From the IMG/VR virus record IMGVR_UViG_3300009509_000033, positions 1-55,205 of that record: DNA of 55,205 nt; one strand, given 5' to 3'. Both the position numbers and the translations under genes were made by a program. Below, piece by piece: positions 46,107-55,205 of this stretch. How positions within the stretch are numbered: the stretch's first letter is position 1; each line of letters begins with the position of its first letter. The notes beneath the pieces were generated by a model that made no database searches, had not been told where the DNA came from, and saw nothing but the letters and a program-made list of their open reading frames with translations. Origin of the DNA: a virus. Lineage: Duplodnaviria; Caudoviricetes.

Positions 46107-48671
46107 ATGGCCGAAATTCTGTCGCCAGGCGTGTTCATCGAGGAGGTGCCGAGCGCCGTCCAGGTCGTGCAGCCGGTCTCCACGTCGAACATGGGAATCG
46201 TCGGCGCGACCAAGCGAGGCCCCACGGATGAGGCCACGCTCGTCACGTCGTTCGCGCAGTTCACGCGCATCTTCGGCGAGTTGATCTCCGACTCGCGGAC
46301 CGGCCTGTCGATGGCCGCGTACTTCGCCAACGGAGGGAGGCGGGCTTTCGTGGTCCGTGTCATGCCGAGCGACGCGGTGGAGGCCGGAACGGACCAGAGC
46401 GGGGCGCCCTCGGCCTACGACAAGGGCCAGCTCACGAGCGCTCGGAGAGATTTCGAGTGCAACGTGGGCGACGGCGTGACGGCCACCGTCACGGAGTCCG
46501 TCCTCTCTGCGACCGCCCTCATCACACCCCTCGTGGCCGAGCCCGGCGTGTCCGGAATCACCTTCCGGTGGCGTTCGGATGACACCGCGCTCGTGGCCGA
46601 CCCGCTCATGCAGCGGGACGGCGTGACCGCTCTCGTGACGGTCATCGCCAAGGCTCTCGTGGAGGGTCGAATCGACCCGACCTCGATCCCGACCGACCTC
46701 GACCTCGCGCTCCCGAGCGTGATGCCAGGGGCCACCATGCAGTTGACGTTCGACCCCGGTGCCGGGGCTGTGAACGTCGCTCTGACTCAGGTCGGCACGT
46801 CGCTGATCGCGACGGGGACCTCGGGTGCCGGCTCCACGTTCACGCTCGACCTCGTGACGGGCTTCCTGTCCATGGAGTTGACGGGCGCGGACATCCCGAC
46901 CGCGAACGGCAACGCCTTCACGCTCGACTTCACCCCAGGCACGGCGGTGAGGTCAATCTCCGATGACGGCAACGGGGCCATCCCGGATGTTGGTCCGATC
47001 CTCACGGCGGCCGGCTCGGTGGACTACATCGGAGCAACGGCCGGGGACTACACGTTCACGGCGGCGGCCGGCTACGAGCCCGGCGACGGGTGCCCGGTCC
47101 TCTGCGACTACGACGTCCAAGCGTGGGACCTCGATCCCATCTCGGTCGGGTCGTGGGCCAACGACATGCTCGTGGAGGTCATCGGCAACGACGACTACTA
47201 CGACGTGGCGACGGACACGTACACCCGGTTCAACGTCAACGTCCGGCTGCTCAACTCCTCGACCAGCCTCTACGACATCGTGGAGACCTACGAGGAGATT
47301 ACCTTCACCGACCCGACCTCGGCGCAGTATTTCCCCGACGTGCTCAACGACCTGTCCGATCTGGTCAACGTCGTCGAGCCGGCGCTCAACGGCGAGGGTC
47401 CGGCGCAACTCAACGGTGAGGCTCGGAGCCAGGTCGTCGCTGGCGGCGACGAGGACGTGGCGAACCGGCAGATCACGGACACCCTCGCCTCGGTCCCCGT
47501 CAACGCCAGGTCGTTCAGCCTGTCCTGGACGGATGACACCGGGACGGCCCGGTCCATCACGGACGACGGGGCCGGCAACCTGATCGGCGACGTGGACGGA
47601 GCAGGCAACAACACGATCGACTACACCACGGGCGCGATCGACGTGCTGCTCTCGAACCCGATCGCCCGCGACTCGCTCCTCTCGGCGACGTGGCGGGAGT
47701 CCTCCGAGGAGGACAGCCACCTCGACGGCTTCGCTGGCGGGGCGGACGGCACCTTCACCAGCACGACCACCTACGGTCGGAACCAGTTCACGGCGATCAC
47801 CCTGGAGCCAAACTTCCAGGGCCTCTACGCCCTGAACAAGATCGAGGAGTTGATGCAGGTGGTCATCCCCGACTTCGCCGGGGACATTCAGATCACCCGC
47901 GACCTGCTCGACTACGTGGACAGCCGAGAGGTTCTGCCCTCGGGCGGAGACCGCTTCGCCATCCTCATGGTCCCGCAGGGCTCGTCGGCGCAAGAGGCGG
48001 TGGACTTCCTCCGCATCGACGTGGGGCAATACTCCAAGTTCGCGGCGATGTACTGGCCGTGGGTCAAGATCGCCGATCCGCTCTCCGACAACCGTCCGGT
48101 CGTGTTCCCGCCGCTGGGTCACATCGCGGGCATCTACGCGCGCACGGACTCGACCCGGAACGTGGGCAAGGCCCCGGCTGGGACCGTGGACGGTGCTCTC
48201 CGCTTCCTCGTCGGGCTGGAGATTGACTCCATCAGCCAGGGCGAGCGCGACCTCGTGTACCCGGCGAGGATCAACCCGCTCGTCTCCGGCCCGCAGACCG
48301 GCCTCGCCGTCTGGGGTGCCAGGACCATCTCGCTTCAGAGCGAGTGGCGCTACATCAACGCCCGGCGCCTCTTCATGTTCGTCGAGAAGTCGGTCTACAA
48401 CGCGACGCACTGGATCGTGTTCGAGAACAACGGTCCGGGCCTCTGGGCGAGGATCAAGGCCCAGATTCAGGGCTTCCTCACCAATCTCTTCAACGACGGT
48501 CTCTTCGCGGGGACGACCCCGGCGCAAGCCTTCTTCGTCACCGTGGACGAGAGCAACAACGATCAGGCGTCCATCGACGCCGGACAGGTCATCATCGACG
48601 TCGGGATCGCGCCGAACAAGCCCGCCGAGTTCGTGCGCTTCCGCTTCCAGCAGAAGACGCTGGACTCATAG
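46107..48671 (+). CDS. contractile tail sheath protein with inserted domains
   Basis: SPGVFIEEV, YFANGG, YWPWV, GKAPAG, WGART, WRYINARR, VFENN, APNKPAEFV. Confidence 0.95.
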   Translation: MAEILSPGVFIEEVPSAVQVVQPVSTSNMGIVGATKRGPTDEATLVTSFAQFTRIFGELISDSRTGLSMAAYFANGGRRAFVVRVMPSDAVEAGTDQSGAPSAYDKGQLTSARRDFECNVGDGVTATVTESVLSATALITPLVAEPGVSGITFRWRSDDTALVADPLMQRDGVTALVTVIAKALVEGRIDPTSIPTDLDLALPSVMPGATMQLTFDPGAGAVNVALTQVGTSLIATGTSGAGSTFTLDLVTGFLSMELTGADIPTANGNAFTLDFTPGTAVRSISDDGNGAIPDVGPILTAAGSVDYIGATAGDYTFTAAAGYEPGDGCPVLCDYDVQAWDLDPISVGSWANDMLVEVIGNDDYYDVATDTYTRFNVNVRLLNSSTSLYDIVETYEEITFTDPTSAQYFPDVLNDLSDLVNVVEPALNGEGPAQLNGEARSQVVAGGDEDVANRQITDTLASVPVNARSFSLSWTDDTGTARSITDDGAGNLIGDVDGAGNNTIDYTTGAIDVLLSNPIARDSLLSATWRESSEEDSHLDGFAGGADGTFTSTTTYGRNQFTAITLEPNFQGLYALNKIEELMQVVIPDFAGDIQITRDLLDYVDSREVLPSGGDRFAILMVPQGSSAQEAVDFLRIDVGQYSKFAAMYWPWVKIADPLSDNRPVVFPPLGHIAGIYARTDSTRNVGKAPAGTVDGALRFLVGLEIDSISQGERDLVYPARINPLVSGPQTGLAVWGARTISLQSEWRYINARRLFMFVEKSVYNATHWIVFENNGPGLWARIKAQIQGFLTNLFNDGLFAGTTPAQAFFVTVDESNNDQASIDAGQVIIDVGIAPNKPAEFVRFRFQQKTLDS

Positions 48672-48685
48672 GGAGGTAGGAACCC

Positions 48686-49033
48686 ATGTTGGTCACATTC
48701 ACGAACGCTTCCGCTGAGGACATCTTCGTGAGCCTGCTCTACAAGAACCTCGCGCCCGGGGAGTCCGTCGTGGTCTCCAAGTCGCGCTCGGAGCTTGACA
48801 TGGAGCAGCCTCTCAAGGCGCTCGTTCAGGCCGGAGACATCGTTCTCTCCTTCGCGGAGGAGAACGGCGACAGCGCGGCCGTGGGCACCGAGCCCCACCC
48901 CGCGTTCACCGACCTGACGCGGCCACTGCCGGCCGACTGGCCGCTGTTCGCTGCGATCTGGAACACGGACGACAACGCGCTCAACTGGACCGACGGGACC
49001 AACTGGCGCGACGCGGCGGGGGTCATCACCTGA
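48686..49033 (+). CDS. small structural/hypothetical protein
   Basis: GGAGG RBS; WTDGTNWRDAAG motif. Confidence 0.65.
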   Translation: MLVTFTNASAEDIFVSLLYKNLAPGESVVVSKSRSELDMEQPLKALVQAGDIVLSFAEENGDSAAVGTEPHPAFTDLTRPLPADWPLFAAIWNTDDNALNWTDGTNWRDAAGVIT

Positions 49034-49131
49034 TAGGTGCGGTTCCCGAGGTGGGCTCGTCGTAGGTCATGCAAACTCGACTGGACGGGCGCGGGGATCG
49101 TACTGTAGGTTTGAGGTAAGGAGGCTGACAC

Positions 49132-49665
49132 ATGGCGCGGCCTGTAGCAGAAGATTTTCTTCACTCGATGCGGTTCCACGTCGAGATCATCGACGGTACG
49201 CGGCCGGATGCGGGCTTCGGCCCGCCCGAGGCTGGCTTCTCCATGTGCTCGGTCCCCGAGGCCACAACCGAGGCGGTCGAGTACAAGGAGGGGACGTACA
49301 TCTACACCCGGAAGCAGCCCGGGAACACCACCTTCGCGGCGATCTCTCTGTCGCGCGGCGTGGCGATCACGGACTCGGCTTTCTGGACGTGGATGAAGAT
49401 CGTCATCGAGGGTGCCGGCGAGTACCGGCAGGACATCCGGATCAAGCACTACCACCGCGAGGAGGCCCTTCCGGGGAGCGGCGACGTCACCGCGAACCTG
49501 ACGGCCATCCCGACGAGCGTCCCGGCGGCGCGCACCTACGAGGTGTTCAACGCCTTCCCGTCTCGGCACAAGGTGGCAGGAGACCTCGACGCCACGGCGT
49601 CCGAAATCTCCATCATGGAACTCGACCTGGAATTCGAGTATTTCAACCTGATCATCAACGCATAG
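49132..49665 (+). CDS. T4 gp19-like tail tube protein
   Basis: RFHVEI, AGFS, EYKEG, RKQPG, LSRG, AFP, DLDA. Confidence 0.9.
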   Translation: MARPVAEDFLHSMRFHVEIIDGTRPDAGFGPPEAGFSMCSVPEATTEAVEYKEGTYIYTRKQPGNTTFAAISLSRGVAITDSAFWTWMKIVIEGAGEYRQDIRIKHYHREEALPGSGDVTANLTAIPTSVPAARTYEVFNAFPSRHKVAGDLDATASEISIMELDLEFEYFNLIINA

Positions 49666-49670
49666 CGAGA

Positions 49671-49706
49671 GGCCGGGACTTGCTGCGGCGAGTGCCCGGC
49701 CGTTTC
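49671..49706 (+). terminator. possible terminator hairpin after the tube gene
   Basis: GGCCGGG-ACTTGC...GCGAGT-G-CCCGGCC followed by GTTTC. Confidence 0.5.
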
Positions 49707-49734
49707 GCGGGGCTGGTTACCTAAGAGTTGACAG

Positions 49735-50508
49735 ATGGCGCGCTCGAACCTGACGGACTACCTCCAGAACTACCCGTTCTGGCTCATGGACATCGCGCCG
49801 ATCGAGCCCCTCGCGTTGCCTCTCTTCACGCCCCTTCTCGGGTTCTCGGCGATCACCTCTCCTGAGATCAACGTCGATATCACGGAGATTACCGAAGCCA
49901 ACTGGTTCTTCCGGCGCAAGGTGGTCAAGGGCGGAGACGCCTCGAACATGACGCTCTCCAGGGCCTCGAAGTGGTACGACAACGACTTCTACAAGTGGGT
50001 CTTCTCGGCTCTCGCTGGGAACACCGGAGGCACCCGGACCCTGCACGCCTTTGCTGTCGGAGGGGTGACGCCTCGTCGCGACCTGCTCTTGGTCCATTTC
50101 CTGTCCCGGAACCCGATCAGCCACCCCGGTGGCAACGCATTGGCCGCTTCCTTGGGCCTGTTGGCCCTCCAGGGGACCGCAACGGGTCTGGTGGGGGGTG
50201 CGTCCACCCTCGCATCCGGGGCCTTTGTAGGGGGTGCTACGGCCACCGCAACGTCTATCGGGTTCACGGCTGCCGGAGCCCCGCTCGGGCCGTTCGAGGT
50301 GGCTCCTCGCCTGCCCGCGAAGGCATGGGTCCTCTACGGGTGCGTTCCGTCCCGCTACAAGGCAGCCGGGGACTTCGATGCCACAGACGGGAGCATCTCC
50401 ATTCAGGAGTTGGAGCTTGCCGTCGAGTCCTGGGACGAACTCTCGCTCGGCACTGAAGCGGCTATCGCGGCTTATGGGATAGCCATCGCGGATGCTGTGA
50501 GGAGATGA
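49735..50508 (+). CDS. second gp19-like tube/tube-initiator protein
   Basis: GFSAITSPE, MTLSR, FYKW, AWVLYGCVPSRYK..DFDA..ISIQELEL. Confidence 0.8.
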   Translation: MARSNLTDYLQNYPFWLMDIAPIEPLALPLFTPLLGFSAITSPEINVDITEITEANWFFRRKVVKGGDASNMTLSRASKWYDNDFYKWVFSALAGNTGGTRTLHAFAVGGVTPRRDLLLVHFLSRNPISHPGGNALAASLGLLALQGTATGLVGGASTLASGAFVGGATATATSIGFTAAGAPLGPFEVAPRLPAKAWVLYGCVPSRYKAAGDFDATDGSISIQELELAVESWDELSLGTEAAIAAYGIAIADAVRR

Positions 50509-50696
50509 TCATGGGAAAGGACTGGGAAGACCTCGACACCGAGAAGCTACTTCGCAGGCAGCGAGAGCAGCACGAGCAGACCACCTCCGGAGGCGTTGGA
50601 GGGTACGAGGTTCCGCTCGGAACCCCTCTTCGGCCGCCCATCCCTCCTTACGAGCCCGTCGAGCAACCCAAGAAGAAGCGCCCGAAGAAGGCGTAG
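50505..50696 (+). CDS. small hypothetical protein
   Basis: AGGAG RBS, ATGA overlap; EQTTSGGVGGYEVP. Confidence 0.55.
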   Translation: MIMGKDWEDLDTEKLLRRQREQHEQTTSGGVGGYEVPLGTPLRPPIPPYEPVEQPKKKRPKKA

Positions 50697-50765
50697 CCGG
50701 ACGTTGAGCGGCTCAGGGAGATTGATCCAGTTGGCTTTACATCAAAAATGCAGTAAAAGGAGCGC

Positions 50766-51350
50766 ATGATGGACGAACGAGCGGAGATCCTGAAGGCGAC
50801 GGTGGACGACAGGAAGGAGTCCTGGACCACGCGAGTATGGGACGCCTGTGGGGGCAAGTGCTCCAACTGCGGCTCGACCTACCGCCTGAAGGTGAGGATG
50901 ATCGTCCCGAAAGAGGCGGGCGGCCAAGAGGTCGTGAGCAACGCTATCCTCCTCTGCCGGACGTGCGAGTTGGCTCGCGAGATCAAGACCAAGGTGCCAC
51001 AGCCCGCGTCTGGTGAGCACACGAGGCCGATCAACTTCTTCGTGAGCCAGGAACTCCACCACAAACTCAAGAACGGGCTCGCGGCGGACTACGGGTTCAG
51101 GAGCGTGTCGGCGCTCGTCCGATACCTCATGGCGAAGTTCGTGGCGGACGCCGACGAGTTCGATGACCTGGAGATGTACCAGGACGGAGGCTCGGATGTG
51201 AAGGTCAACGTCTGGGTTGGGCGGGACGTCTACGCCCGATTCAAGGCGATCACGGACAGGAACGGGACGACGGTGACGGATACCTTGAAGGGCCTCATCC
51301 GGATGTACGAGGCGGAGGCTCGGAGGATCGTAGGGAGGACGAGGGCATGA
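50766..51350 (+). CDS. degenerate HNH domain fused to two ribbon-helix-helix-like domains
   Basis: CSNCG..LKVRMIVP...GG....NAILLCRTC; PINFFVSQELH.KLK and KVNVWV..DVY..FK. Confidence 0.65.
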   Translation: MMDERAEILKATVDDRKESWTTRVWDACGGKCSNCGSTYRLKVRMIVPKEAGGQEVVSNAILLCRTCELAREIKTKVPQPASGEHTRPINFFVSQELHHKLKNGLAADYGFRSVSALVRYLMAKFVADADEFDDLEMYQDGGSDVKVNVWVGRDVYARFKAITDRNGTTVTDTLKGLIRMYEAEARRIVGRTRA

Positions 51351-52204
51351 GCGACGAACAGACACTCCAGGACGAGCTGGAAACTTCCGACAGGCCGGAC
51401 CCCTCGGTCGGCGGCGCCATCGAGCGGATTCACACCGTTCGGCAGATGGAGACGCCGAAGGGAGCAAACGGCGTCTTCGAGTTGCCGTGCGGGTATCTCG
51501 ATCCGCGTACACGGGAGCTATGGACGGAGGTGCAGGTCAAGGAGATCACCGGGAACGAAGAGGACATGCTTGCCTCGCAGCAAGTCCCCTCTGCCCAGAA
51601 GATTTCACAACTTCTGGCCGGCTGCGTGACGCGCATCGGGAACGTGACGGACAAGGGGCTCATCGCCGGAATGGTCCAAGACCTCACGGTCGGGGATCGC
51701 GTCTTCCTCATTTTCGCCATCCGCCGCGTCACGCTCGGCGACGAGTTGCCGGTCCGCGAGAAGTGCCCCGAGTGCAAGGTCACCACGCTGTTCATGGTGG
51801 ACCTCGACAAGGATCTCGAACCGAAGCCGATGCCCGATCCGACCAAGCGCGTGTTCGACGTGACGCTTCCGTCCGGGCTCTCAGCTCGATTCCGGGTATC
51901 CACTGGGCAGGACGAGGCGAACATGGCGAAGCTCGTTCGGCGCCAGAAGCACAAGTCCGACGCGCTCTCTCAGGCCATCCTCATGCGATTGGAGATGCTT
52001 GGGGATGAAAAGCCGACGCTCAAGATGGTAAAGTCTCTTGGGATGCGTGATCGGAACTTCCTCCGGGACCAGTTTCAGGCGGTGGAGGGAGGCGTGGACA
52101 CGGCGCTGGAGTTGGAGTGCCCGGCGTGTGGGCACGAGTGGGAGAAAGACCTCGACCTGAGTGCTGCGAATTTTTTCTTCCCTGGGGGTCGGCGGAGGCC
52201 CTAG
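51347..52204 (+). CDS. tail assembly chaperone (T4 gp26-like/G protein)
   Basis: ELPCG, EEDML, L.VGDR.FL..AIR, CPEC, CPAC, terminal FFF; lies before the tape measure. Confidence 0.8.
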   Translation: MSDEQTLQDELETSDRPDPSVGGAIERIHTVRQMETPKGANGVFELPCGYLDPRTRELWTEVQVKEITGNEEDMLASQQVPSAQKISQLLAGCVTRIGNVTDKGLIAGMVQDLTVGDRVFLIFAIRRVTLGDELPVREKCPECKVTTLFMVDLDKDLEPKPMPDPTKRVFDVTLPSGLSARFRVSTGQDEANMAKLVRRQKHKSDALSQAILMRLEMLGDEKPTLKMVKSLGMRDRNFLRDQFQAVEGGVDTALELECPACGHEWEKDLDLSAANFFFPGGRRRP

Positions 52205-52383
52205 AGAAGGAAATCTTCTTTCTCATGGAGGTGTGGTCGGGGCTCTCCTACGAGTCGGTCATGGCGATGCCGGTGACGCGCCGCCACCGTCTCATGCTCG
52301 AAAAGAGCAACCTGGAACGGAGGCGAGCGGAGGAGCACAAGGCGGCGATGCAACGGGCTCGTTCCCGCGCCCGACGACGGTAG
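52171..52383 (+). other. -1 frameshift (T TTT TTC) into the chaperone T-like extension
   Basis: in-phase slippery heptamer 52171-52177; the -1 frame encodes LPWGSAEALEKEIFFLM...LSYESVMAMPVTRR to TAG 52383. Confidence 0.8.
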
Positions 52384-52392
52384 GAGGCGGCA

Positions 52393-55205
52393 GTGGCGTT
52401 GAACTTCATGGGGCTGGGCTTTTCGTTCGGTGCGAAAGACACCGGCCTGGACGCCACTCTCGGAGGTGTCGGCGATCAGTTCAAGCAACTGAACGACTCG
52501 CTCAAGGAGTTTCAGGACGCCGCTTCTGTAGGATTCTCGCCAGCCGAAGAGTCGCTCAAGGGGCTCTCTGACAGCCTCTCCTCTTTGGGGGATGCGGCAG
52601 ACGTCGATCCCGGTGGGACGTTCATCAAAGGGCTCTCTGACGAGATCGACACGCTCAAGAAGACCGGCGAGGAGTGGTCGCTTAGCGACCTCGATCTCGA
52701 CATGCCGTCCGACCCGAAGGACCAGGTAGACGACCTCGGCGCGGCGATGGCGGGCATGGCGGGTGAGGCCGCACTCGGCGGGTCCAAGTTCGGCCGGATG
52801 GCAAACTCCGTCCTCGGCGGAGCCGGGAAGATCACAGGAGCCCTCGGGTGGGTCGGCATGGCGCTCGGTCCGATCATCTCCGGGTTCGGGCAGGCTGCCG
52901 AGTCGGCTGGAGGGATGATCGACGCGGTGACCGGGCTTCCTGCCCGCGTCGGGAACCGCATCCACGCTCTCGCGAATGAGGGCATCAACCTGACGAACAG
53001 CCTCGAAGGGGAGGCGGTGGCGCTCGGCCAGACGGCTCGGCAGGTCGGCGTCAACATGGGGTACACCGGGGCCAACCTGCGCCGCTTCATCGGGCAGGCC
53101 ACCGGCATGGCGATGGGCCTCAACATCGGTGCCGACGAGGCGGCCCGCGCTATTCGTGCGTGGGACGAGTCGGCCGATACGTTGGGTGCGACCGGGCTGA
53201 GAAGCGCACAAGACGTGGCGAGGCTGACGGCGGCGTTGGGTATCAACGCCGACGTGCTCCGCAACTCGACTTTGGAGTTGAGAAATCTCGGCGCCTCGGA
53301 TGAACAGATCCACCTCGTCACGTCGGCCTTGGCGCAGATGGGGCGAGAGACCGGCGACGTCTCTGGGGCCTTGAACGAGCTTCCACAGGTCTTGCAGATG
53401 CTCGAACGCCGCCGTGCACTGGGGGACACCCCGGAGCAGATGGCAGCCTTCGCGGCGGACACGGCGGCGGCAGCGCGCGGCCTGTTCGCTTTCACGCAGG
53501 ACTCCGAGCGCGCTCGGTCAATGGCGTCTGAGCTGGCCGGGACCGTCACAGAGAGTCGCGAGGCGTTCCAGAACATGTTCGCGGGCGTCGAGGACCAGCT
53601 ACCTCAGTTGGTCACGGAGCTTGCAGTCACGCGAGGGGAGGTGGACGAGTCGTTCCGTCTCATGCAGGGCGGACCCGGAGGGCTCATCGAGGGGATGGGG
53701 CGCCTCGTTCAGAGCACTCGTGAACGCGGAGGGAACGTCGGGCGGCTCATGGAGTTCATGCGGGGCCGACTGCAACAGGTCTTCGGCCCCGAGATGACGG
53801 CCACGCTGGTCAACTTCTGGGGGACGATGGACGCGGAGACCGTCTCCGCGATGGGGGCCATCCGCAACGCCACGGTGGACCTCGGGGAGATGGGACGCGA
53901 GGCCCACACCACTGGGCGAACGCTCGATGAAGTTTTCGAGCGGATGCGAGCAGGGTTCCAGACCGCTTTCCGTCGAGTAGCTCGCCCGGCCGTGCGCGAC
54001 TTCGTTCGAGACACCGGACGCACGCTTCGCACGCTTCGCACGCGCATGACTGAGGCGTCCCGAGGTGGAGGGGCGCTTGCACAGGTCATGGAGACGCTCT
54101 CCCTGTCATCGCAGATCGGCGGCTTGGCGCTCATGCCTCGGGAACTTCGTTCCACGACGATCGCAGCCGACGAGCTACAGGGGATGGTGACTCCGCTCAT
54201 TCAGTCGTTCTCGACGTGGGGAGGCATCGTCGAGACCGTCGGGTCCTACATCGCCCTGTTCGTGACGGAGGTCATTCTCGCTCGAAGGGCTGGGGAGGAC
54301 TGGTCCGATGCGATCGGGAGGGTCGCGAGCCGGTTCGCTGACATCTTCGTGAACTGGATCAACGACGCAGAGAGGTTCATCGTCCAGATCGTCGATGCCT
54401 TCGCCTCTTTCAACTGGGACGACCTCTTCGGGCCGGAGCAGGGTGAGGGGAGCATTGCTGGGGCGCTCGGTCGTGTCATCCGACGTATCGGAGAGATGGA
54501 CTGGGGTCACATCTGGAAGCAACTCCAGACCGGCTTCGACAATCTCTTCGAGCGCGTTCGCCCGTGGCTTGAGCAGAAGGTGAACGAGGTGAAGGCCCTT
54601 CTCGGCCAGATGCTCGAACAGTGGTGGAACGAGATCGACTGGGGACAGGTCTTCCGTGGTATAGGGAGCCTCGCAGCCGGTCTCTGGGAGGCTGTGCAAC
54701 CGGCTCTGGCGCAACTCGCGACGATGATCGGGACCTGGCTCCAAGACCACTGGCTCGACATCGTGATGATCTCCAACGCCGCTCTGTCGGCCGCGCTACT
54801 CTTGCTGATCGTCGGCGCTGTCGCGGCTGTTGTCGCGCTGGCGTTGCTCCCGTTCATCTCCATGTTCGCGATGATCTCCGAGGCGTGGGATCGCTGGGGC
54901 GACGACTTCATGGAGTTCATGGGAGGGATCGGTGAGTGGTTCGTTGAGCAGTGGGAGAGCCTGACCGGGTGGTACACCGATCAGTGGAACGAAACGATTG
55001 ACGACCTCGCTCAGATCTGGAGATTGGCTCGGAACGCCCCCACCATCTTCATGAACTGGCTCCGAGGCTTGTGGGACGGGTTCATACAGTGGTTCCGGCA
55101 GAGGTTCCCTCAGACGACGCAGGCTATCGCCGAGGTGCTTCCGCAATGGCAGGCCCGGTTCGAGGCTCTCCGAGAGACGATCGTCAACATCTGGAACTCG
55201 ATCTC
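52393..55205 (+). CDS. tape measure protein, runs off the right edge (absent from the ORF track because it has no stop)
   Basis: GGAGG RBS plus GTG at 52393; no stop found before the window end; Ala/Gly-rich helical sequence with periodic Trp and a hydrophobic stretch. Confidence 0.85.
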   Translation, partial: MALNFMGLGFSFGAKDTGLDATLGGVGDQFKQLNDSLKEFQDAASVGFSPAEESLKGLSDSLSSLGDAADVDPGGTFIKGLSDEIDTLKKTGEEWSLSDLDLDMPSDPKDQVDDLGAAMAGMAGEAALGGSKFGRMANSVLGGAGKITGALGWVGMALGPIISGFGQAAESAGGMIDAVTGLPARVGNRIHALANEGINLTNSLEGEAVALGQTARQVGVNMGYTGANLRRFIGQATGMAMGLNIGADEAARAIRAWDESADTLGATGLRSAQDVARLTAALGINADVLRNSTLELRNLGASDEQIHLVTSALAQMGRETGDVSGALNELPQVLQMLERRRALGDTPEQMAAFAADTAAAARGLFAFTQDSERARSMASELAGTVTESREAFQNMFAGVEDQLPQLVTELAVTRGEVDESFRLMQGGPGGLIEGMGRLVQSTRERGGNVGRLMEFMRGRLQQVFGPEMTATLVNFWGTMDAETVSAMGAIRNATVDLGEMGREAHTTGRTLDEVFERMRAGFQTAFRRVARPAVRDFVRDTGRTLRTLRTRMTEASRGGGALAQVMETLSLSSQIGGLALMPRELRSTTIAADELQGMVTPLIQSFSTWGGIVETVGSYIALFVTEVILARRAGEDWSDAIGRVASRFADIFVNWINDAERFIVQIVDAFASFNWDDLFGPEQGEGSIAGALGRVIRRIGEMDWGHIWKQLQTGFDNLFERVRPWLEQKVNEVKALLGQMLEQWWNEIDWGQVFRGIGSLAAGLWEAVQPALAQLATMIGTWLQDHWLDIVMISNAALSAALLLLIVGAVAAVVALALLPFISMFAMISEAWDRWGDDFMEFMGGIGEWFVEQWESLTGWYTDQWNETIDDLAQIWRLARNAPTIFMNWLRGLWDGFIQWFRQRFPQTTQAIAEVLPQWQARFEALRETIVNIWNSI

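Noticed and set aside
6399-54047. Short in-frame tandem repeats (GGCGCTGGA in dnaB, GAGCCC in the protease, poly-Pro at 41520, CGCACGCTT in the tape measure)
   Set aside because: They encode low-complexity linkers; there are no spacers and no sign of phase variation.
1-55205. tRNA/tmRNA genes, integrase, reverse transcriptase (DGR/retron) or an alternative genetic code
   Set aside because: None recognised by eye; genes are intact and tightly coupled under the standard code. tRNAscan/ARAGORN were not run.

Overview
A GC-rich, densely coding segment of an uncharacterised tailed (myovirus-type) phage or prophage, almost entirely on the + strand. From 0 to 30 kb it carries a ParB-like gene and a lambdoid-style replication module: an HTH initiator with internal palindromic iterons, a DnaC/IstB ATPase, DnaB and a DnaG-like primase. 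It also carries a gp32-like SSB, SF2 helicase, RecA, Cas4-like and RuvC nucleases, a second SSB and a second ParB, a 1682-aa repeat/kinase/ART-like multidomain protein, family A DNA polymerase, ThyX and ribosomal protein bS21. From 30 to 55 kb it carries T4-like packaging and head genes (TerL, gp20 portal, gp21 protease, gp23 capsid), then neck, sheath, two gp19-like tubes, a tail chaperone with a -1 frameshift and a tape measure gene that runs off the window. The signals the ORF track does not explain are: (1) a probable -1 frameshift that adds a basic tail to the very acidic scaffold-like protein; (2) three densely base-paired intergenic regions, namely a C4-like antisense switch upstream of the initiator, a tandem covarying RNA motif after the SSB gene, and a ~230-nt multi-stem element before a histone-like gene; (3) an identical 16-bp quasi-palindrome 30 kb apart; (4) SSB-Ct-like tails on several proteins; and (5) apparently leaderless genes. 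All calls come from reading motifs by eye; no database searches or folding programs were run.
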